Assembly (NCBI GenBank): GCA_048940445.1
Contig: JBHLON010000009.1
Coordinates: forward strand, 22,871 to 86,870
Length of the DNA: 64,000 nucleotides
Origin: Promethearchaeota archaeon
GTDB taxonomy: Archaea > Asgardarchaeota > Lokiarchaeia > Sigyniarchaeales > SOKP01
Direction of reading: 5' to 3'
Shown here: positions 61,436-64,000 of the stretch, piece after piece
How positions within the stretch are numbered: the first letter of the stretch is position 1
Layout of the letters: the number at the start of each line of letters is the position of its first letter
Made by a program: the position numbers and the translations under genes
The notes under the pieces: generated by a model
What the model saw: the letters and a program-made list of their open reading frames with translations, nothing else
What the model was told of the DNA's origin: nothing
Database searches by the model: none

Positions 61436-61912
61436 CTAAATGTTCATATTTACTAAATTCCTTGCTTTCTCGGGTTTTCTCATATCTAATAGCTTAACTC
61501 CAACGCCAAACGTCGAAATGATATTTGAAGGCACAATTTTTATCCAAACAGATTTTTCCTGTACTCCTGCTTTTTCATCGTATTTTATAATTTTTGTCAT
61601 AATTTCTTTAGCTTTTTCATCGTCTTTTGAAATAAATTCGGCAATAGCTTTAAAATGAAGTTCTGCTGGAGGAGCAGGAATAATTTTGTGGAAGAAATTC
61701 TTTCTAAATGGTATTGTCACAGAAATCTTATTATTAATTTTTATAGTTCTTGCTTTTAATGAATTCTCGCCTGTTTCAAAATACATATCATGTCCATCAC
61801 TCTGATACATTACTACTGAACTGTGTGGTTGTTCTTCTTTATCAACTGTAGATAATACTAACCACATATTCTTTTTTATAATCTTTCTTACTTCTTTAAC
61901 TAAATCTTTCAT
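61436..61912 (-). CDS. Pyridoxamine 5'-phosphate oxidase-like protein
   Basis: VLSTVD....PHSS.V, YF.T...S.K..I..N..IS pattern. Confidence 0.75.
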   Translation of the reverse strand: MKDLVKEVRKIIKKNMWLVLSTVDKEEQPHSSVVMYQSDGHDMYFETGENSLKARTIKINNKISVTIPFRKNFFHKIIPAPPAELHFKAIAEFISKDDEKAKEIMTKIIKYDEKAGVQEKSVWIKIVPSNIISTFGVGVKLLDMRKPEKARNLVNMNI

Positions 61913-62140
61913 AATTCCACTAAATTTTGATGCTAATTATATATAATTTTTATTCTGTATTAGATTCATAGAAAATCGAATAATTTATTTTTTACCGAAA
62001 AATCCAATCATAAGTTATACTGCGGCTATTCAAGTGTCCTAGTTTATATAAATCAATAATTTTCAAGAATCTATTTTTTTAAATGGAATATATATTGAAT
62101 TAATTATATACCTTTTACTTATATCCTTTGGAAAATATAA

Positions 62141-63289
62141 ATGAATAAATCTGGAATGGCTACACTCCCCCTTCATGGAGGTAAAGCACCGCCTTGGTTA
62201 TTTAGACGAATGGTAATGTTAGGAAAACCAATTTTCAAAATTTTATATGATATGGAAGGTTCTGAAGGAATTCTTAGAAGACTATCTGATACTTATTGGT
62301 ATCAAGGCTTAGGATGCATTTTAGGATATGATTGGCATTCCAGTGGAGTTACAACAGTATTAGGGGCAGTTTTGAAGAATATTTTAACTCCAAAAGATCA
62401 CGAAATTGTAGTTACAGGGGGTAAAGGTAAAAATTCTTCAAAAGTAAAACAAGAATTAGAAGAACAGGCAAAATATTTAGGATATAATGAAGCTGAAATT
62501 GAAACCCTTAAAGAAATCAGCAAATTGGTGGCAAAAATAGATAATGCTGCTGTGCAAGATGGATTCACATTATATCACCATAATATGTTCGTATCTGAAA
62601 ATAATTGGGCTATAATACAACAAGGTTTGGACGAACAAATAAACAAGGCAAGAAGATATCATTGGCTCTCTGAAAATGTTACAAATTTCCTTGATAATCC
62701 CCATTCTGATATCAAGTCAGAAGTTATTAAAGATAAAGTATTAGATATGGCTTCTAAAGACAGTCAAAATAGTAGAAAAGTATCATTAGAATTAATAGCG
62801 GAAGGATCAAATCGAATTAAAAGGTACTTAAATTGCTTAAAAAACCCTAAACAGAAAAATTTAGATAATTTTTTAAATCCTACAAATTCTCACAATTCCT
62901 CTGAAACAATTAAAATCCCCCACCTTAATTTGCCTATTCCTTTTAAACTTAAATGGGAAAGTATAGATATGGCTAAAAAACTCCCATTGAATGATTATAC
63001 AGATTTATTAAAAATTCATGGTCTAGGATCTGGAATTATACGTGCACTGGCTTTAATTTCAGAATTTATCTGGGGAGAACCACCAAGTTGGAAGGATCCT
63101 GCCAAATATGCATACACCGTTGGTGGAAAAGATGGAATTCCTTATAAAGTGAATTTGAGAAGGATGGAACAGTGTGCTGAAATTCTTGAAAATGCAATAA
63201 ATCTCGCAAAATTAGATAATAAGAACAAATTACAAGCATTGCAACGATTTCATAGATTCGAACAGAGAGAAAGTTTAGCTCAATACTAA
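62141..63289 (+). CDS. DUF763 domain protein
   Basis: LPLHGGKAPPWL..RM, GYDWHSSG.TT, GGKG, AK.DNAA.QDG..LYHH, ARRYHW and GGKDG.PY motifs. Confidence 0.92.
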   Translation: MNKSGMATLPLHGGKAPPWLFRRMVMLGKPIFKILYDMEGSEGILRRLSDTYWYQGLGCILGYDWHSSGVTTVLGAVLKNILTPKDHEIVVTGGKGKNSSKVKQELEEQAKYLGYNEAEIETLKEISKLVAKIDNAAVQDGFTLYHHNMFVSENNWAIIQQGLDEQINKARRYHWLSENVTNFLDNPHSDIKSEVIKDKVLDMASKDSQNSRKVSLELIAEGSNRIKRYLNCLKNPKQKNLDNFLNPTNSHNSSETIKIPHLNLPIPFKLKWESIDMAKKLPLNDYTDLLKIHGLGSGIIRALALISEFIWGEPPSWKDPAKYAYTVGGKDGIPYKVNLRRMEQCAEILENAINLAKLDNKNKLQALQRFHRFEQRESLAQY

Positions 63290-63384
63290 ATCTGCTCAAA
63301 AGTTTAATAAATCCCTACAACTTTTTCATTTTTTCTCAAAATCAAATAAATTTATATATATGAAATAGGATTATTTAAATTGGA

Positions 63385-63891
63385 TTGAAAATAGATATAA
63401 TCTCTCGGAAATATAATTGGTTTCTAGCCAAGGTAACTGCTAGTATCATAAATTTTGAGAATATAGTTATTACCAACCAAGAAACTATCAAGAAATATGA
63501 TCTATCACCTGGTAGATATATCAAAATAAGCAGTCTTTTTCAACATCGTTCTAGCGACAGATTTTTGGATAAATTCATCTTATTACCATATTTTAAAGAA
63601 ATGGCTAATAATTATTGGCTTTTACAAGATGTAATTCAATCGCTAGTTAAAGATACATACAAATGCCTCGATAAAGAATACATTAGCCAAATAATAAAAT
63701 TAATGAGCTGCTTTTATCAAGCTAGCACTAACAAAAGTAGCTTAAAACTAGAATTATTACTGGATCTTGAAGATGAAGAAAGCAGCCAACTGGAAATAGC
63801 ACTTCCCAAATCTTGGCTAAATGAACATAGCATTGATCTAGGAGAAACTGTGGTCTTAAGAAATGACTTTCCCTCACCTATTATTTTTTGA
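63385..63891 (+). CDS. Hypothetical protein
   Basis: 168-aa ORF with a TATA-like TTTATATA upstream; no family recognised. Confidence 0.55.
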   Translation: MKIDIISRKYNWFLAKVTASIINFENIVITNQETIKKYDLSPGRYIKISSLFQHRSSDRFLDKFILLPYFKEMANNYWLLQDVIQSLVKDTYKCLDKEYISQIIKLMSCFYQASTNKSSLKLELLLDLEDEESSQLEIALPKSWLNEHSIDLGETVVLRNDFPSPIIF

Positions 63892-63927
63892 AACTTCTTT
63901 AAGTATCACACTTCTTACGATTTCTCC

Positions 63928-64000
63928 TTAAAATTCTATTGCCTTATTTAGCTCGGGTCTAATTACTGTAATTTCAGAATCCTTAAAAAATTTAATAAAG
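63928..64000 (-). CDS. 3' end of a CDS entering from beyond the window
   Basis: Open frame ...FIKFFKDSEITVIRPELNKAIEF*. Confidence 0.4.
   Translation of the reverse strand, partial: FIKFFKDSEITVIRPELNKAIEF

Noticed and set aside
1123-63299. Numerous 60-110 aa ORFs nested in or antisense to longer genes (e.g. 6037, 10438, 12417, 16914, 26799, 28623, 51958, 56486, 59391)
   Set aside because: They overlap well-supported CDS and have no independent motifs.
1-64000. CRISPR arrays, tRNA/rRNA, IS elements, provirus
   Set aside because: No regularly spaced direct repeats, GC-rich structured RNA, transposase, integrase or capsid motifs were seen by eye.

Overview
AT-rich (about 30% GC by eye) archaeal chromosomal segment, most likely from a Lokiarchaeia/Promethearchaeota (Asgard) genome. 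Evidence: a Loki-CTERM-type 'IPGY'+TM+basic tail, a Lokiarchaeal 'FWGHxSNLQxW' domain, archaeal TATA and Shine-Dalgarno signals, IorA, DUF763 and Cdc48. It is a gene-dense accessory/metabolic region with about 65 CDS and no recognisable rRNA, tRNA, CRISPR array, integrase or transposase. Main content: many flavin/F420 oxidoreductases and SAM methyltransferases; a 2-hydroxyacyl-CoA dehydratase pair divergent from a CoA ligase; metal(loid) handling genes (Acr3, FeoAB, VIT1, hemerythrin); and a 1339-aa surface-anchored peptide-binding protein. Most notable items: (i) a radical SAM-SPASM + methyltransferase + TIGR04282/TIGR04283-type transferase cluster, followed by a decayed duplicate of the TIGR04283 gene's 3' end; (ii) a single-ring Cdc48 with degenerate catalytic motifs, in an apparent operon with a membrane-anchored zinc-ribbon protein; (iii) a CWH43/PGAP2IP-like membrane EEP enzyme; (iv) an unannotated 50-aa zinc-ribbon protein ending KRRCC; (v) three genes that appear to start at ATA/ATT; (vi) an ERLER-repeat protein. 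All family calls come from motif recognition by eye; no database searches were run.
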